Assembly: GCA_963740085.1 (NCBI GenBank)
Contig: CAVUCU010000001.1
Coordinates: forward strand, 1,280,001-1,344,000
Length of the DNA stretch: 64,000 bases
Source: Nitrospirota bacterium
GTDB taxonomy: Bacteria; Nitrospirota; UBA9217
Direction: 5' to 3'
In this document: positions 31,285 to 43,506 of the stretch, one piece after another
Position numbering within the stretch: the stretch's first letter is position 1
Layout: each line of letters opens with the position of its first letter
Made by a program: the position numbers and the translations under genes
The notes under the pieces: model-generated
What the model saw: only the letters and a program-made list of their open reading frames with translations
What the model was told of the DNA's origin: nothing
Databases searched by the model: none

Positions 31285-32836
31285 CCACGAGGAAACCGGA
31301 TGACCAGCTCGAACCGACCGTGTTCGTTATTTTTGGCGGCGCCGGTGACCTGACCTGGCGGAAACTCGTGCCGGCCCTGTTTGACCTCTCCCAGGACCGC
31401 AGTATGCCCGCTGATTTTTCGGTCATCGCGGTGGATCGTGTTGACCTGAGCGACGAAAAGCTGCGCAGGCGTCTCCACGACGGCGTCAAAAAGTTCTCGC
31501 GCCAGGGAACAGTGAAAAACGGCGAATGGAGGGAGTTTGCCAGGCATATCCACTACCAGCAGGGCGATTTCAAGAAGCTGCGGACGTATACGGCCCTGGG
31601 CGAAAATGCGCGAAGCTGGAAAAGGAATGGGGCGCCAAGACCCACCGCGTCTTTTACATGGCCACACCGCCGGGCATGTTCGGCGAGATCCCGAAATACC
31701 TCGGCAAGGCCGGACTGGCGCGTGACCGGGAATGTGCGCGGATCGTGGTCGAAAAACCGATCGGCTATGACCTGGAATCCGCCCGCGCCCTGAATGCCGT
31801 CCTCTCTGCTCATTTCGAGGAATCCCAGATCTTTCGCATCGACCATTATCTGGGCAAGGAAACGGTGCAGAACATTCTGGCCTTCCGCTTTGCCAATCCG
31901 CTCTTCGAGCCGATCTGGAACCGGCGTTACGTGGACTATGTTACCATCACCGCGGCTGAAGAGGTGGGCGTAGGACATCGAGGCGGTTATTACGACCACG
32001 CCGGGGCCCTGCGTGACATGGTGCAGAATCATCTGATGCAGCTGCTCTGTCTCGTGGCAATGGAACCGATGGTCTCCTTCGAGGCCGATGAGATCCGCAA
32101 CAAGAAAGTGGACGTCCTGCACGCCGTTCGTCCGATCCACCGGGACGCCGTCCATCAGAGCGTCGTGCGCGGTCAATACGGCCAGGGTTGGGTCGGCGGC
32201 AAAAAAGTTTCCGGCTACCGCGAGGAAGACGAGGTGTTGCCTGAATCCCAAACCGAGACGTTTGTCGCGCTCAGGCTGTTCCTCGACAACTGGCGCTGGC
32301 AGGGAGTGCCTTTCTACCTCCGCACCGGGAAGCGGCTCACCCGGCAGGCCACGGAAATTACGATCCAGTTTCGCGGAGTGCCGCATCAGTCGTTTCCGGC
32401 TGAGGCCACTCTCGATTGGCAGTCGTCACGACTGGTGATGTCCATCCAGCCCGACGAGGGCATTGTGCTGCGTTTTCAGGCAAAACATCCCGGGCCAAAA
32501 ATGCACCTGCGCTCCGTGGAGATGCAGTTCAATTACCAGGATGCCTTCGCCGTCAGGTCACCTGATGCGTATGAAACGTTGCTCTGGGACGTGATGAAGA
32601 ATGACGCCACGCTGTTCATGCGCGCCGACCAGGTGGAAGCGGCCTGGCGGTTGTTGATGCCGGTGCTCGAGGTCTGGGCGGTGGCTCCGCCCAGTGATTT
32701 CCCCAATTACGCCGCCGGCACCTGGGGACCCGAGGATGCGCAGGACCTGCTGGCGCAAGGGCACAGTTGGCCGCTGCCCGCGGAATTAAGACGGTCCGGA
32801 CGGAAGCTGCGATGTGCGGGTCCTCAGGGCAGCTGA
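31281..32836 (+). CDS. zwf: Glucose-6-phosphate 1-dehydrogenase (copy 2); frameshift near 31603
   Basis: GGAGDLTWRK, then EKPIG, RIDHYLGKE, DMVQNH in the next frame; apparent missing A in an A-run. Confidence 0.92.
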
Positions 32837-32856
32837 CCCGGGCATCCTGACGCTCG

Positions 32857-34695
32857 ATGGAGGGGAAAATGGAAAAAAAAGCTGACACAATGGCAAAACA
32901 TTCAGGCATGGGAGCAATTCCCGGAGCAAAGGGTGTGACCTTTCGCGTATGGGCGCCTCATGCCGAAAAAGTTTACGTGACAGGAACCTTTAATAGCTGG
33001 AGCAAGACCTCAACGCCCTTGACCGGAGAGGAGAACGGATATTGGTCGACTGACGTACCAAAGGCAAAAGTTGGAGATGAGTACCGATATATGATCCACA
33101 CTCCTGTTGATTGGAAGCTCCCTCCTTTCTCCCGCATTGACCCTTATGCCAGAAAAGTGACGAACTCAGTTGGCAACGGAATTATCTACGACCCTAAAGC
33201 GTTTAATTGGGGTAAAGATAACTTTACCATGGCCTCGTGGAACGAGCTTGTCATTTACGAGATGCACATCGGCACCTTTAACGTCAAAAAAAAGGGGCAT
33301 CCAGGCACTTTTGCCGGTGCTATTGAAAAATTACCTTATCTTAAAAAACTGGGTATCAATGCCATCGAAGTGATGCCGGTCATGGAGTTTTCAGGCGATT
33401 TTTCATGGGGGTACAATCCGGATCATCCTTTTGCTGTCGAAGGCATTTACGGTGGTCCGGATGCCTTTAAGCTCTTTGTGAAAGCGGCCCACGAGCAAGG
33501 CATCGCAGTCATCGTGGATGTCGTATACAACCACTTTGGTCCGGACAATCTTGATCTGTGGCAATTTGATGGTTGGAGAGAAAATGAGAAGGGTGGGATT
33601 TACTTTTATAATGATCGTCGCTCGCAAACACCCTGGGGCGAGACGCGTCCCGATTACGGCCGGGGAGAAGTGCGCCAATACCTGCGTGATAACGCTTTGA
33701 TGTGGTTCGAGGAGTACCACGCCGACGGCATACGCTGGGACATGATCGTCTATATCAAAAGCATCGATGGTAATGGCGACAATCCGGCTAATGACATCCC
33801 CGACGGCTGGAGCTTGATGCAATGGATCAATGGGGAGATCCAACAACGGTTCCCCGGCAGGATCTGCATCGCAGAAGGGATGCATAAGAACGCCTGGGTC
33901 ACCAAGGATGCGGGAGCGGGCGGCGCCGGATTCAATGCGCAATGGGACGCCGAATTTGTTCATTCTGTCCGCCGGGCCGTTATCGCCCGTGATGATGCCT
34001 CCCGCGATCTGGGGGCAGTCAGCAGGGCTATAGAGCATCGCTACGATTCAGACGCCTTCAAGCGGGTCATTTATACGGAGTCTCATGACGAGGTTGCTAA
34101 TGGCCGGGAACGCGTGCCCGAGGCGATCTGGCCGGGCAAAGTGGACAGCTGGTTTTCCAAGAAACGCTCCACCCTGGGCGGTGCCATAGTTCTTACTTCG
34201 CCCGGTATCCCGATGATCTTTGAAGGGCAGGAGTTGCTGGAAGATCGGTGGTTCCAGGATAAGGTCCCGATCGACTGGTCCCGAGCCAAGGATGACAAGG
34301 GTATTCTCGGAATGTATCGGGACCTGATCGCCCTGCGGCGCAATCTGTCGGGTCTGACGCGGGGGTTGTGCGGCCAAAATATCCATCTTTATCATTACGA
34401 CGAGGGGGCCAAGATCATCGCGTTCCATCGATGGGACAAACAAGACCCGAAAGACAGCGTCGTTGTGGTGGTGAATCTGATGGATCAAAGCCGCGATAAT
34501 TACGCCATTGGTTTTCCTCGGGCCGGCTTGTGGAAAACGCGATTTAACAGCGACTCCAATAAGTATGGCCAGGATTTTGCGAATCATGCAACCTTTGATG
34601 TAGATGCACACGGGCAAGGAACAGCCGGGCTGCCCTGCTCCGGCAAAATAAGCATCGGGCCATACACGGTAGTGATTTTTTCGCAAGATGAATAA
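32857..34695 (+). CDS. GH13 alpha-amylase family enzyme with N-terminal CBM48 (branching enzyme/TreZ-like)
   Basis: FRVWAP, DPYA, YEMHIG, WGYNP, DVVYNH, DGIRWD, IAE, ESHDE; exact start uncertain (32857, 32869 or 32890). Confidence 0.85.
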   Translation: MEGKMEKKADTMAKHSGMGAIPGAKGVTFRVWAPHAEKVYVTGTFNSWSKTSTPLTGEENGYWSTDVPKAKVGDEYRYMIHTPVDWKLPPFSRIDPYARKVTNSVGNGIIYDPKAFNWGKDNFTMASWNELVIYEMHIGTFNVKKKGHPGTFAGAIEKLPYLKKLGINAIEVMPVMEFSGDFSWGYNPDHPFAVEGIYGGPDAFKLFVKAAHEQGIAVIVDVVYNHFGPDNLDLWQFDGWRENEKGGIYFYNDRRSQTPWGETRPDYGRGEVRQYLRDNALMWFEEYHADGIRWDMIVYIKSIDGNGDNPANDIPDGWSLMQWINGEIQQRFPGRICIAEGMHKNAWVTKDAGAGGAGFNAQWDAEFVHSVRRAVIARDDASRDLGAVSRAIEHRYDSDAFKRVIYTESHDEVANGRERVPEAIWPGKVDSWFSKKRSTLGGAIVLTSPGIPMIFEGQELLEDRWFQDKVPIDWSRAKDDKGILGMYRDLIALRRNLSGLTRGLCGQNIHLYHYDEGAKIIAFHRWDKQDPKDSVVVVVNLMDQSRDNYAIGFPRAGLWKTRFNSDSNKYGQDFANHATFDVDAHGQGTAGLPCSGKISIGPYTVVIFSQDE

Positions 34696-34706
34696 AAGGA
34701 GAACTT

Positions 34707-35156
34707 ATGATTAAAAAAATTCTTGTGCCAATAGACGGTTCAAAGGTCTCACAGAAGGCGGCAAAATACTCGGTCGAGCTCGCGGAACAGACAGGCGCAT
34801 CTTTGACGCTGCTGAGTGTCATCGACAATCGCTTCGTCATCGAGCAAGCGGTTTCCGCTGTCGCATCGCCGACCCATGTAAGAGAATCCATCCAGGATTT
34901 TCTGAAGCAGTCAGCGCAAGCCGCCACGGACGCGATAGCAAAGCTCTGCGAACGGCATCACATTCAATACAAAGCGGCAATAAGGACCGGGCATCCTGTG
35001 GAAGAAATTGTGCGCGAGGCGACAAAAGCAAAGACTGACCTGATCGTTATGGGCTCCCATGGCAAAAGCGCCCTTAAAGCGGCGGTGCTCGGAAGCGTTA
35101 CGTACGGCGTGATTCACAAGGATATGAAGATCCCCGTACTCATCGTGAGACGATGA
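34707..35156 (+). CDS. Universal stress protein (UspA family) 2
   Basis: KILVPIDGS, MGSHG-x9-GS; close paralogue of the 19531 USP. Confidence 0.93.
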   Translation: MIKKILVPIDGSKVSQKAAKYSVELAEQTGASLTLLSVIDNRFVIEQAVSAVASPTHVRESIQDFLKQSAQAATDAIAKLCERHHIQYKAAIRTGHPVEEIVREATKAKTDLIVMGSHGKSALKAAVLGSVTYGVIHKDMKIPVLIVRR

Positions 35157-35259
35157 GCGATCGGCAGAGGAAGGTGTTCTCGTTGATTTCGTCGGGAGTA
35201 TTAAGATATACGTGCAAGCTGCCGAAGCTACTGGGGCGGACGGCGTTGACGGAGGCCGA

Positions 35260-35906
35260 ATGAGAAGAGCGATCCCGGTCACGACGTTGTTCCTGGATGT
35301 CGGCGGCGTCCTGCTTACCAACGGGTGGGACCATCACGCCCGCAAGACGGGCGGCCAGGAACTTCAAGCTGGAGTTCGCCGGTATGGAGGATCGGCATCA
35401 CCTGAACTTCGCCACCTACGAAGAGGGGAAACTCACGCATGGAAGAATATCTGGACCGGGTGGTCTTCCATCAAAAGCGATCATTCACCCGGGCTCAGTT
35501 TCGGGACTTCATGTTCGCCCAGTCGAAGCCATTTCCTCAAATGATCGAGCTGATCCATCGGCTTAAGGCACGGTATGGATTAAAGATCGGCGTGGTCAGC
35601 AACGAAGCACGCGAACTGAATGCGTACCGGATCCGGAAGTTCAAGCTTGATGGCTTCGTGGATTTTTTCATTTCCTCCTGCTTCGTCCATTTGAGAAAGC
35701 CGGACGCGGACATCTTTCGGCTTGCGCTGGACATCTCCCAGGCGCAGGCCCGCCAGGTCGTTTATATTGAAAATACCCCGATGTTTGTCCGGATCGCGGA
35801 AGGTTTGGGGATTCAAAGCATCCTTCACACGGATTACAAGTCCACGTGCGAGAAACTGGCTTCGCTCGGATTGCAGTATGACGACGCAAGAGAAGACGAT
35901 GAATAA
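35260..35906 (+). CDS. HAD-IA phosphatase; two frameshifts (about 35344 and 35438)
   Basis: LFLDVGGVL, VSN, RKPD motifs spread across three frames; GGAGG RBS. Confidence 0.8.
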
Positions 35907-37192
35907 GGCAGGCGACGGCAAGATCGGGTTCTGGGCGGTGGTTGCCATCGGCGTCGGCGGGATGGTCGGGGGCGGGATCTTTGCGGTGCTGGGGTTGGCA
36001 GTGCAACTGGCTCGCGGCGGCACGCCCGTTGCCTTTGCGTTGGCGGGCGTGGTAGCGCTGCTTACGACGTATTCCTACGCCAAACTTTCCGTCGCCTATC
36101 CGAGTCGCGGCGGAACGGTCACCTTCCTCGACCGCGCGTTCGGTGCGGGCATGTTCACCGGCAGCCTGAACGTGCTGTTGTGGCTGAGTTACGTGGTGAT
36201 GCTGTCGCTGTATGCGTTTGCGTTCGGCAGTTACGGTGCGACTTTTATGCCGCAGGCATGGCAGATGATCGGCAAACATGTGCTGATCAGTCTCAGCATA
36301 ATCACGATTTCCGGACTGAACCTTCTCAGCGCCGAGTTTATCGGCAAAGCAGAGGACTGGATCGTGGGATTAAAAGTGGCGATCCTGCTGCTGTTTGTCG
36401 GAGTAGGATTTGCCGGCGTCAAGACCGGCCAGATCGCGCCCGCTTCATGGTCGCCGCCGCTGCAGTTGGCGGCGGGCGGGATGATTATCTTTCTGGCGTA
36501 TGAAGGGTTTGAGTTGATCGCCAACACCGCGCGCGATGTGCGGAATGTGGCCCGGACGCTGCCGCGGGCCTACTACACGGCGGTGTGGTTTGTGATCGCG
36601 TTGTATGTGCTGGTATCGCTCGTCACCGTGGGCAATCTGGCGGTGGACAAAATTGTAGCGGCGAAGGATTACGCGCTGGCGGAAGCGGCCCGCCCCTTTC
36701 TCGGACAGACCGGCTTCACGCTGATCGCGATCGCGGCGATGTTGTCAACCGCTTCGGCGATCAACGCCACGCTCTACGGCGCAGCGCGGTTGAGTTACTG
36801 CATCGCGCGCGACGGCGAATTGCCCGCATTGCTGGAGCGAAAGGTGTGGGGTGAACCGTTAGAGGGACTGTTGATCACCGCGGGGTTGACGCTGTTCGTG
36901 GCCAACTCATTCGACCTGACGAGCATCGCGACGCTCGGCAGCGCCGGGTTTCTGTTGATCTTCGCGGCAGTGAACAGCCGCCAACGCGCGGCACGCTCCC
37001 CATACGAACAGCCGGGGCTGGATTTCGGCGGCTGGGGCAGTTGCGTGCCTGGCTGCGTTGAGCGCGTTGGTTTGGCAGACGTTGCGGACCGGGCCCGGCA
37101 AGTTGTGGGTGCTGGCAGCGATGCTCGCGCTGGCGGTGATCATCGAGGGCGGTTACCGCGTGACGAAACGGGAGATCCGATTGCATGAATGA
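35899..37192 (+). CDS. APC family amino acid permease; frameshift near 36980
   Basis: GGMVGGGIF TM1, YEGFE TM6, ARDGELP; last two TM segments in the shifted frame. Confidence 0.85.
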
Positions 37193-37300
37193 TCGACCCA
37201 ACGGCCCAAGGGCAGGGTGGCTGGTCAACGACCTCATGAAACCGGGCATGGATCGGACGCTGGATAACAGGTACTCAGTGTTGTCTATGAGGAGAACCGG

Positions 37301-38828
37301 ATGAGCGACCGCACGGAACACAAGCTGGCCACACCATTCCTGTCGCTGCTCCGCAACTGGGTCAGCCTCGCCGGAATCATCCTGGCGGCGGCGAGCTTGT
37401 TTACCGTCGCCTTCCTGATCGCCCTCGACTTCTTCCGCGGCTTCAAAAATCCCTACATGGGGATTCTCACCTACATCGTGGCGCCGGCGTTTCTGATAGC
37501 GGGATTGTTGATGATCGCGCTCGGGGCGCTTTGGGAACGGCATCGGCGGCGAAAACGAAAACCTGAAGACATCCCGGAATACCCGCGTATCGATCTGAAT
37601 GTGCCGCGGCAGCGACACACCTTCATCGTGGTGGTGATGGTGACAATGCTGTTCCTTTTTTTGACCGCGCGTGGGCAGCTATCGGACGTATCAGTTCACC
37701 GAATCAGTGACCTTCTGCGGCAGGACATGTCACTCGATCATGACGCCTGAGTACACGGCCTATCAGGAATCGCCTCACGCCCGGGTCGAGTGCGTCCAAT
37801 GCCACATCGGTCCGGGCGCGAGCTGGTACGTGAAGTCCAAACTCTCCGGTGCCTATCAGGTCTATGCGACACTGGTGGAAAAGTATCCGCGCCCGATTCC
37901 CACTCCCATTGAGAATCTACGCCCGGCCCGCGAGACCTGCGAGCAGTGCCATTGGCCCCGGAAGTTCTTCGGCGAGGTCGCGCGGGATTTCCCTCACTAC
38001 CTGCCGGACGAACAGAATTCTCCCTGGACAATCCGTATGCTTGTGAAGATCGGCGGGGGTGACCCAAGCTTTGGACAAACCGGCGGCATCCACTGGCACA
38101 TGGCCATTGCCAACAAGATCGAGTACATCGCCAGCGACAGTGACCGTCAGGTCATTCCCTGGGTGCGTCTGACCGACCGGAGCGGGAAAGTCACCGTGTA
38201 TCAATCCACCGACGATCCGCTCAACCCCGCGCAAATCGACGCCGCCCGTCCGCGGGTGATGGACTGCATTGATTGCCACAACCGGCCGACGCATATTTAT
38301 CATGCGCCGGTCGATTCCGTCAACACAGCCCTCCGCTCCGGCCGAATCGACCACACCCTCCCCTTCATCAAGAAGCAGGCCGTACAGGCACTGGCAAAAA
38401 CCTATCCGGACACGGAACAAGCACTCTCCGGCATCTCCAAAACGTTGACGGAGTTTTATGAGACCAACTACCCCGGCCTCGCCAAAACCAATTCGCAGTC
38501 GATGGTTGCGGCCGTTACGGAAGTGCGGGACATTTACCGGCACAATTTCTTTCCCGACATGAAAGTGAATTGGAGCGTTTATCCGGATAATATCGGGCAC
38601 ATGAACTTCCCGGGCTGTAACCGTTGCCACGACGGCAGCCATTCGAACGCCGACGGCAAAATGATCGTCCACAACTGCAATGCCTGCCACACTATCATCG
38701 TGCAGGGTCCGGCAGCGAAACCGGAAACCAGCCTGGCGGGCCTGGAATTCAAACATCCCGTGGACATCTCCGGGCAATGGAAGCAAACGAAGTGTTCCGA
38801 TTGCCACGCCGGCTCCTTGGTGGAGTGA
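37301..38828 (+). CDS. Membrane-anchored multiheme cytochrome c (NapC/NirT-like N-terminus, 7 heme motifs); frameshift near 37670
   Basis: Three N-terminal TM helices; CGRTCH plus CVQCH, CEQCH, CIDCH, CNRCH, CNACH, CSDCH. Confidence 0.85.
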
Positions 38829-38835
38829 ACCGAAC

Positions 38836-40047
38836 ATGAAGACATCCGACGTCACGGCAACGAAAGCCCGTTTGATCCTGACCATCAACGGTGGCTCGTC
38901 GAGCATCAAGTTCGCGCTGTTCGAGGCCGGTGACCCGCTCCGACGGGTCCTGGAGGGAGCGATTGACCGGATCGGATTACCGGAGGCATCCTTGCGGGTG
39001 AAAGGCCTGGACCCGGCGGACAACTTTTCGCGGCCGATGGCAGCGCCGGACCACACGGTGGCGGTCGGGGCTCTGATGGATTGGGTCGAGGAACGGCTCG
39101 GGTTTGATGCATTGACCGCGGTGGGTCACCGCGTGGTGCACGGCGGGCCGAGGTACAGCAAGCCCCAGCTGATCACGGCGGAGATGGTTGAGGAGCTGCA
39201 CCGGCTCAGTCCATTCGATCCCGAGCATCTGCCGGAGGAGATCCTGCTGACCGAGGCGTTTCACCGCCGTTTTCCCGACCTGCCCCAGGTGGCATGTTTC
39301 GACACGGCTTTTCACCATGACCTTCCGCGCGTGGCACAACTGCTGCCGATCCCGCGCCGCTACGAAGCGCAGGGAGTGCGTCGGTACGGGTTTCACGGGT
39401 TGTCGTATGCCTTTCTCCTTGGAGAACTTGCCCGTCTGGCCGGATCGGAAGCTGCACAAGGCCGGGTCATCCTCGCCCACCTCGGCAACGGCGCGAGTCT
39501 CGCTGCGGTGCGTGGCGGCAAGAGCATCGACACCAGCATGAGTTTCACCCCGACAGCCGGGGTGCCCATGAGCACCCGCTCAGGCGATCTCGATCCCGGA
39601 CTGGTTTGGTATCTGGGCCGCACTGAGAAAATGAGCGCAAAGCAATTCAACGAGATGGTCAATTCCCGGTCCGGGCTGCTCGGGATATCCGAAACCAGTT
39701 CCGACATGAGCGACTTGCTGGAACGCGAAACGCAGGACGTGCGAGCAGCTGAAGCGATCGCGATGTTCTGCTACCAGGTCAAGAAATGGATCGGCTCATT
39801 CGCGGCGGCGTTGGGCGGACTGGACACGCTGGTATTCTCTGGCGGCATCGGAGAGAAGGCGGCCACAGTCCGCACCCGGATCTGCGACGGGCTGGGATTC
39901 CTGGGAGTCGAACTCGATGAAAAGCGGAACGCGGCGAATGAGGGCGTTATTTCCGCGGACACGGGCCGGGTCGCGGTCCGCGTCATTCATACGGACGAAG
40001 AACTGATGATAGCCAGGACGGTTTGCCGCGTTCTCGGCTTCGATTGA
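38836..40047 (+). CDS. ackA: Acetate/propionate kinase
   Basis: INGGSSSIKF, GHRVVHGG, FDTAFH, RRYGFHGLSY, HLGNGAS, TDEE. Confidence 0.95.
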   Translation: MKTSDVTATKARLILTINGGSSSIKFALFEAGDPLRRVLEGAIDRIGLPEASLRVKGLDPADNFSRPMAAPDHTVAVGALMDWVEERLGFDALTAVGHRVVHGGPRYSKPQLITAEMVEELHRLSPFDPEHLPEEILLTEAFHRRFPDLPQVACFDTAFHHDLPRVAQLLPIPRRYEAQGVRRYGFHGLSYAFLLGELARLAGSEAAQGRVILAHLGNGASLAAVRGGKSIDTSMSFTPTAGVPMSTRSGDLDPGLVWYLGRTEKMSAKQFNEMVNSRSGLLGISETSSDMSDLLERETQDVRAAEAIAMFCYQVKKWIGSFAAALGGLDTLVFSGGIGEKAATVRTRICDGLGFLGVELDEKRNAANEGVISADTGRVAVRVIHTDEELMIARTVCRVLGFD

Positions 40048-40065
40048 CTAAAGGAGACTTTGACC

Positions 40066-42427
40066 ATGAAGACAAAAACGCTTTCCCCGGAACTGCTCCA
40101 CCAGATGGACGCCTACTGGCGGGCGGCCAACTATCTGTCGGTCGGCCAGATCTTTCTTTACGACAATCCCCTGCTGAAGCGGCCGCTGACGCTCGCGGAT
40201 GTGAAGCACATGCTGCTGGGACACTGGGGCACGACCCCCGGGCAGAACTTCATTTACGTTCACTTGAACCGGGTCATCAAGAAATACGACCTCGACATGA
40301 TCTACGTCTCCGGCCCCGGGCATGGCGGACCGGCCATCGTGGGCAACACGTATCTCGAAGGCACATACAGCGAGATCTATCCCAATATCAGCCAGGATGA
40401 GTCCGGGCTTCGGAAGCTCTTTCTTCAGTTTTCCTTTCCCGGTGGAATTCCCAGCCACGTATCGCCGGAGTGTCCTGGGTCGATCCACGAGGGCGGTGAG
40501 CTGGGCTATTCGCTCAGCCATTCCTTCGGGGCGGTGTTCGACAATCCCGACCTCGTCGTCGCCTGCGTCGTCGGCGACGGTGAGGCGGAGACGGGTCCGT
40601 TGGCCACCGCGTGGCATTCGAACAAGTTCCTTGATCCGGCAACCGACGGCGCTGTCCTGCCGATCCTGCATCTCAACGGCTACAAGATTTCCAACCCCAC
40701 CGTCCCGGCCCGCATCACCCGCGAGGAATTGGAACAGTTGCTCCGGGGCTACGGGTGGACGCCCTACTTCGTCGAGGGTCACGAGCCGGAGATGATGCAT
40801 GAGGCCATGGCTGCGACGCTCGACACGGCGGTGGACGCAGATCAAAAAAATCCAGCAGGACGCCCGCGTCCACGGCATCTTGGCGCGTCCGCGCTGGCCG
40901 ATGATCGTCCTCAATTCACCAAAGGGCTGGACGGGACCGAAGGTGGTCGATGGCCTGCAGGTTGAAGGCACGTTCAGTGCGCACCAGGTGCCGCTCCATC
41001 CCGATACTCATCCCGAACACCTTAAGCTGCTGGAAGACTGGCTCAGGAGCTACCGGCCGCAGGAACTCTTCGATGAGCAGGGCCGCCTGAAACCGGAACT
41101 GGCCGAACTGGCTCCGAAGGGCGAACGGCGCATGGGCGCGAACCCTCACGCCAACGGCGGCATGCTGCTGCGCGACCTGCGCATGCCGGATTTCCGCGAC
41201 TACGCGGTCGCCGTGCCCTCGCCGGGGGCGCCCGGCATCGGCGACACGCATGTGCTCGGGCCTTTTCTGCGCGATGTGGCGAAGCTCAACGCCGAGCAGC
41301 GGAATTTCCGGGTCTTTGGGCCTGACGAGACGTTGTCCAACGGCCTGGAGGCGCTTTTTGAAGTGACCAAGCGACAATGGGACGCCGCGACCGTGCGCGA
41401 TGACGAATTCCTCGCGCCCTCCGGGCGCGTGATGGAAATGCTCAGCGAACACCAGTGCGAGGGCTGGCTCGAGGGCTACCTGCTTACCGGGCGGCACGGG
41501 CTATTCAACTGCTACGAGGCGTTCATACACATCATCGATTCGATGTTCAATCAGCACGCCAAGTGGCTGAAGGTCACCGCGCACCTGCCGTGGCGGCGCA
41601 AGATCGCCTCGTTAAACTATCTGCTGGCTTCCCACGTCTGGCGACAGGACCACAACGGATTCACGCATCAGGACCCCGGTTTCATCGACCACGTCGTGAA
41701 CAAGAAGGCCGAGGTCGTGCGAGTTTACTTTCCGCCGGATGCAAACTGTCTGCTGTCGGTGATGGACCACTGCCTGCGCAGTCGCCATTACGTCAATGTC
41801 GTGGTCGCGGGCAAACACCCGGCGCCGCAGTGGCTGTCGATGGACGCCGCCGTCAAGCATTGTACCGAGGGCATCGGTATCTGGCGGTGGGCCAGCAACG
41901 ACCAGGCCGTTGCGCCCGACGTGGTCATGGCCTGCTGCGGCGACGTGCCCACGCTGGAGACGCTCGCCGCCGTCTCCATTATGCGCGAGCACCTGCCCGA
42001 CCTGAAGATCAGGGTGGTGAACGTCGTCGACCTCATGAAGCTGCAACCGACTAGCGAACACCCGCACGGCTTGAGCGACATGGATTTCGACGAACTGTTC
42101 ACCAGGGACAAACCCGTGATCTTCGCCTACCATGCCTACCCGTGGCTGATCCACCGGCTGACCTACCGCCGCACCAACCACGACAATATCCATGTCCGCG
42201 GCTACAAGGAAGAGGGTACCATTACCACGCCCTTCGACATGACGGTACTGAACGATCTGGACCGCTTCCACCTCGTGATGGACACCATCGACCGCCTGCC
42301 GCAGACCGGCGACAAGGGCATCTACCTGAAGCAGCAGCTCAAGGACAAGCTCATCGAGCACAAGCAGTACATCGACAAGCACGGCGAGGACCTGCCGGAG
42401 ATCCGCAACTGGAAATGGAAAGGATAA
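40066..42427 (+). CDS. xfp: Xylulose-5-P/fructose-6-P phosphoketolase; frameshift near 40838
   Basis: [34 protein letters not shown], then [26 protein letters not shown]. Confidence 0.95.
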
Positions 42428-42434
42428 GACTCTC

Positions 42435-43439
42435 ATGATCCTTCGTTTGATCGAGATGGTGATACCGGAACCTGGGGTCGAGGACCTTCGTCAGATTCTC
42501 GTCGAGCAGCCGGTGCTGGAAGTGCGGCAGGTTGGATTGCGTGAGGGCGAGGTCCTCGTGAGGATTCTGCTGGAAGGTGAAAAGAGCGAGGCGGTGCTGG
42601 ATCTCTTGGAGAAAAAGTACGCCGGCCAGGATGGCTACCGGGTTGTTATTCTCCCGGTAGAAGCCACATTGCCACGGTTCGAGCCGGAGAAAAATACCTC
42701 GCCCGCCGACGCGCAGTCCGCAGAAAAAACGCCGGAACGGATCAGCAGGCATGAATTATACGAGGACATCGGTGACGCGGCTCGTTTTTCGCGGGTATAC
42801 TTTGCGATGGTGGTACTGTCGGCGATCGTGGCGACCATCGGCCTGGATCACAACAGCGTCGCCGTCGTGATCGGTGCGATGGTCATTGCGCCCCTGCTTG
42901 GGCCGAATATGGCGCTGGCTCTGGCGACGACATTGGGCGATCTACCGCTGGCCAAGCGGGCGGCGCTGACGAGTCTGGGCGGCGTTGCCACGGTAGCCGT
43001 GATGACGGCGATCATCGGCGCGCTGCTCCACGTTGATCCAACAATGTCCGAATTGGCATCGCGCACGCACGTAAGGCTCAGTGATGTCGCGCTGGCGCTG
43101 GCGGCAGGTTGCGCGGGGGCTCTCTCGTTCACGACGGGTGTGTCGGCGACGATGGTCGGGGTAATGGTAGCGGCGGCGTTGTTGCCGCCAATGGTGACCT
43201 TCGGACTGCTGCTGGGCGGCGGGCAGACGTCGTTGGCAATGGGCGCGTTGTCGCTGCTTCTGGCAAACCTGATCTGCCTGAACCTTGCCGGAGTGACTAC
43301 GTTCCTGGTGCAAGGCATTCGCCCGGCAACCTGGTGGGAGAAAGAACGCGCCGCAAAAGCCACGCGCATCGCCATCAGCCTCTGGGCGACGTTGTTGGCG
43401 CTCCTGGTCGGCTTGATCCTGCTGTTGAGAAAAGGTTGA
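42435..43439 (+). CDS. TIGR00341/DUF389 family membrane protein
   Basis: SVAVVIGAMVIAPLLGP, VGVMVAAALLPP, multiple TM segments. Confidence 0.85.
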   Translation: MILRLIEMVIPEPGVEDLRQILVEQPVLEVRQVGLREGEVLVRILLEGEKSEAVLDLLEKKYAGQDGYRVVILPVEATLPRFEPEKNTSPADAQSAEKTPERISRHELYEDIGDAARFSRVYFAMVVLSAIVATIGLDHNSVAVVIGAMVIAPLLGPNMALALATTLGDLPLAKRAALTSLGGVATVAVMTAIIGALLHVDPTMSELASRTHVRLSDVALALAAGCAGALSFTTGVSATMVGVMVAAALLPPMVTFGLLLGGGQTSLAMGALSLLLANLICLNLAGVTTFLVQGIRPATWWEKERAAKATRIAISLWATLLALLVGLILLLRKG

Positions 43440-43506
43440 ACATGCTCGGACAAAAAAATGTGAACATCCCCTTCTTCGGCTTCGAAGCGGTGAGCGGTGA
43501 GGAGAA

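Noticed and set aside
13562-42427. Programmed ribosomal frameshifting in htpG, pgm, xfp and others
   Set aside because: No slippery heptamers or shared context at the shift sites; sequencing indels are the simpler explanation
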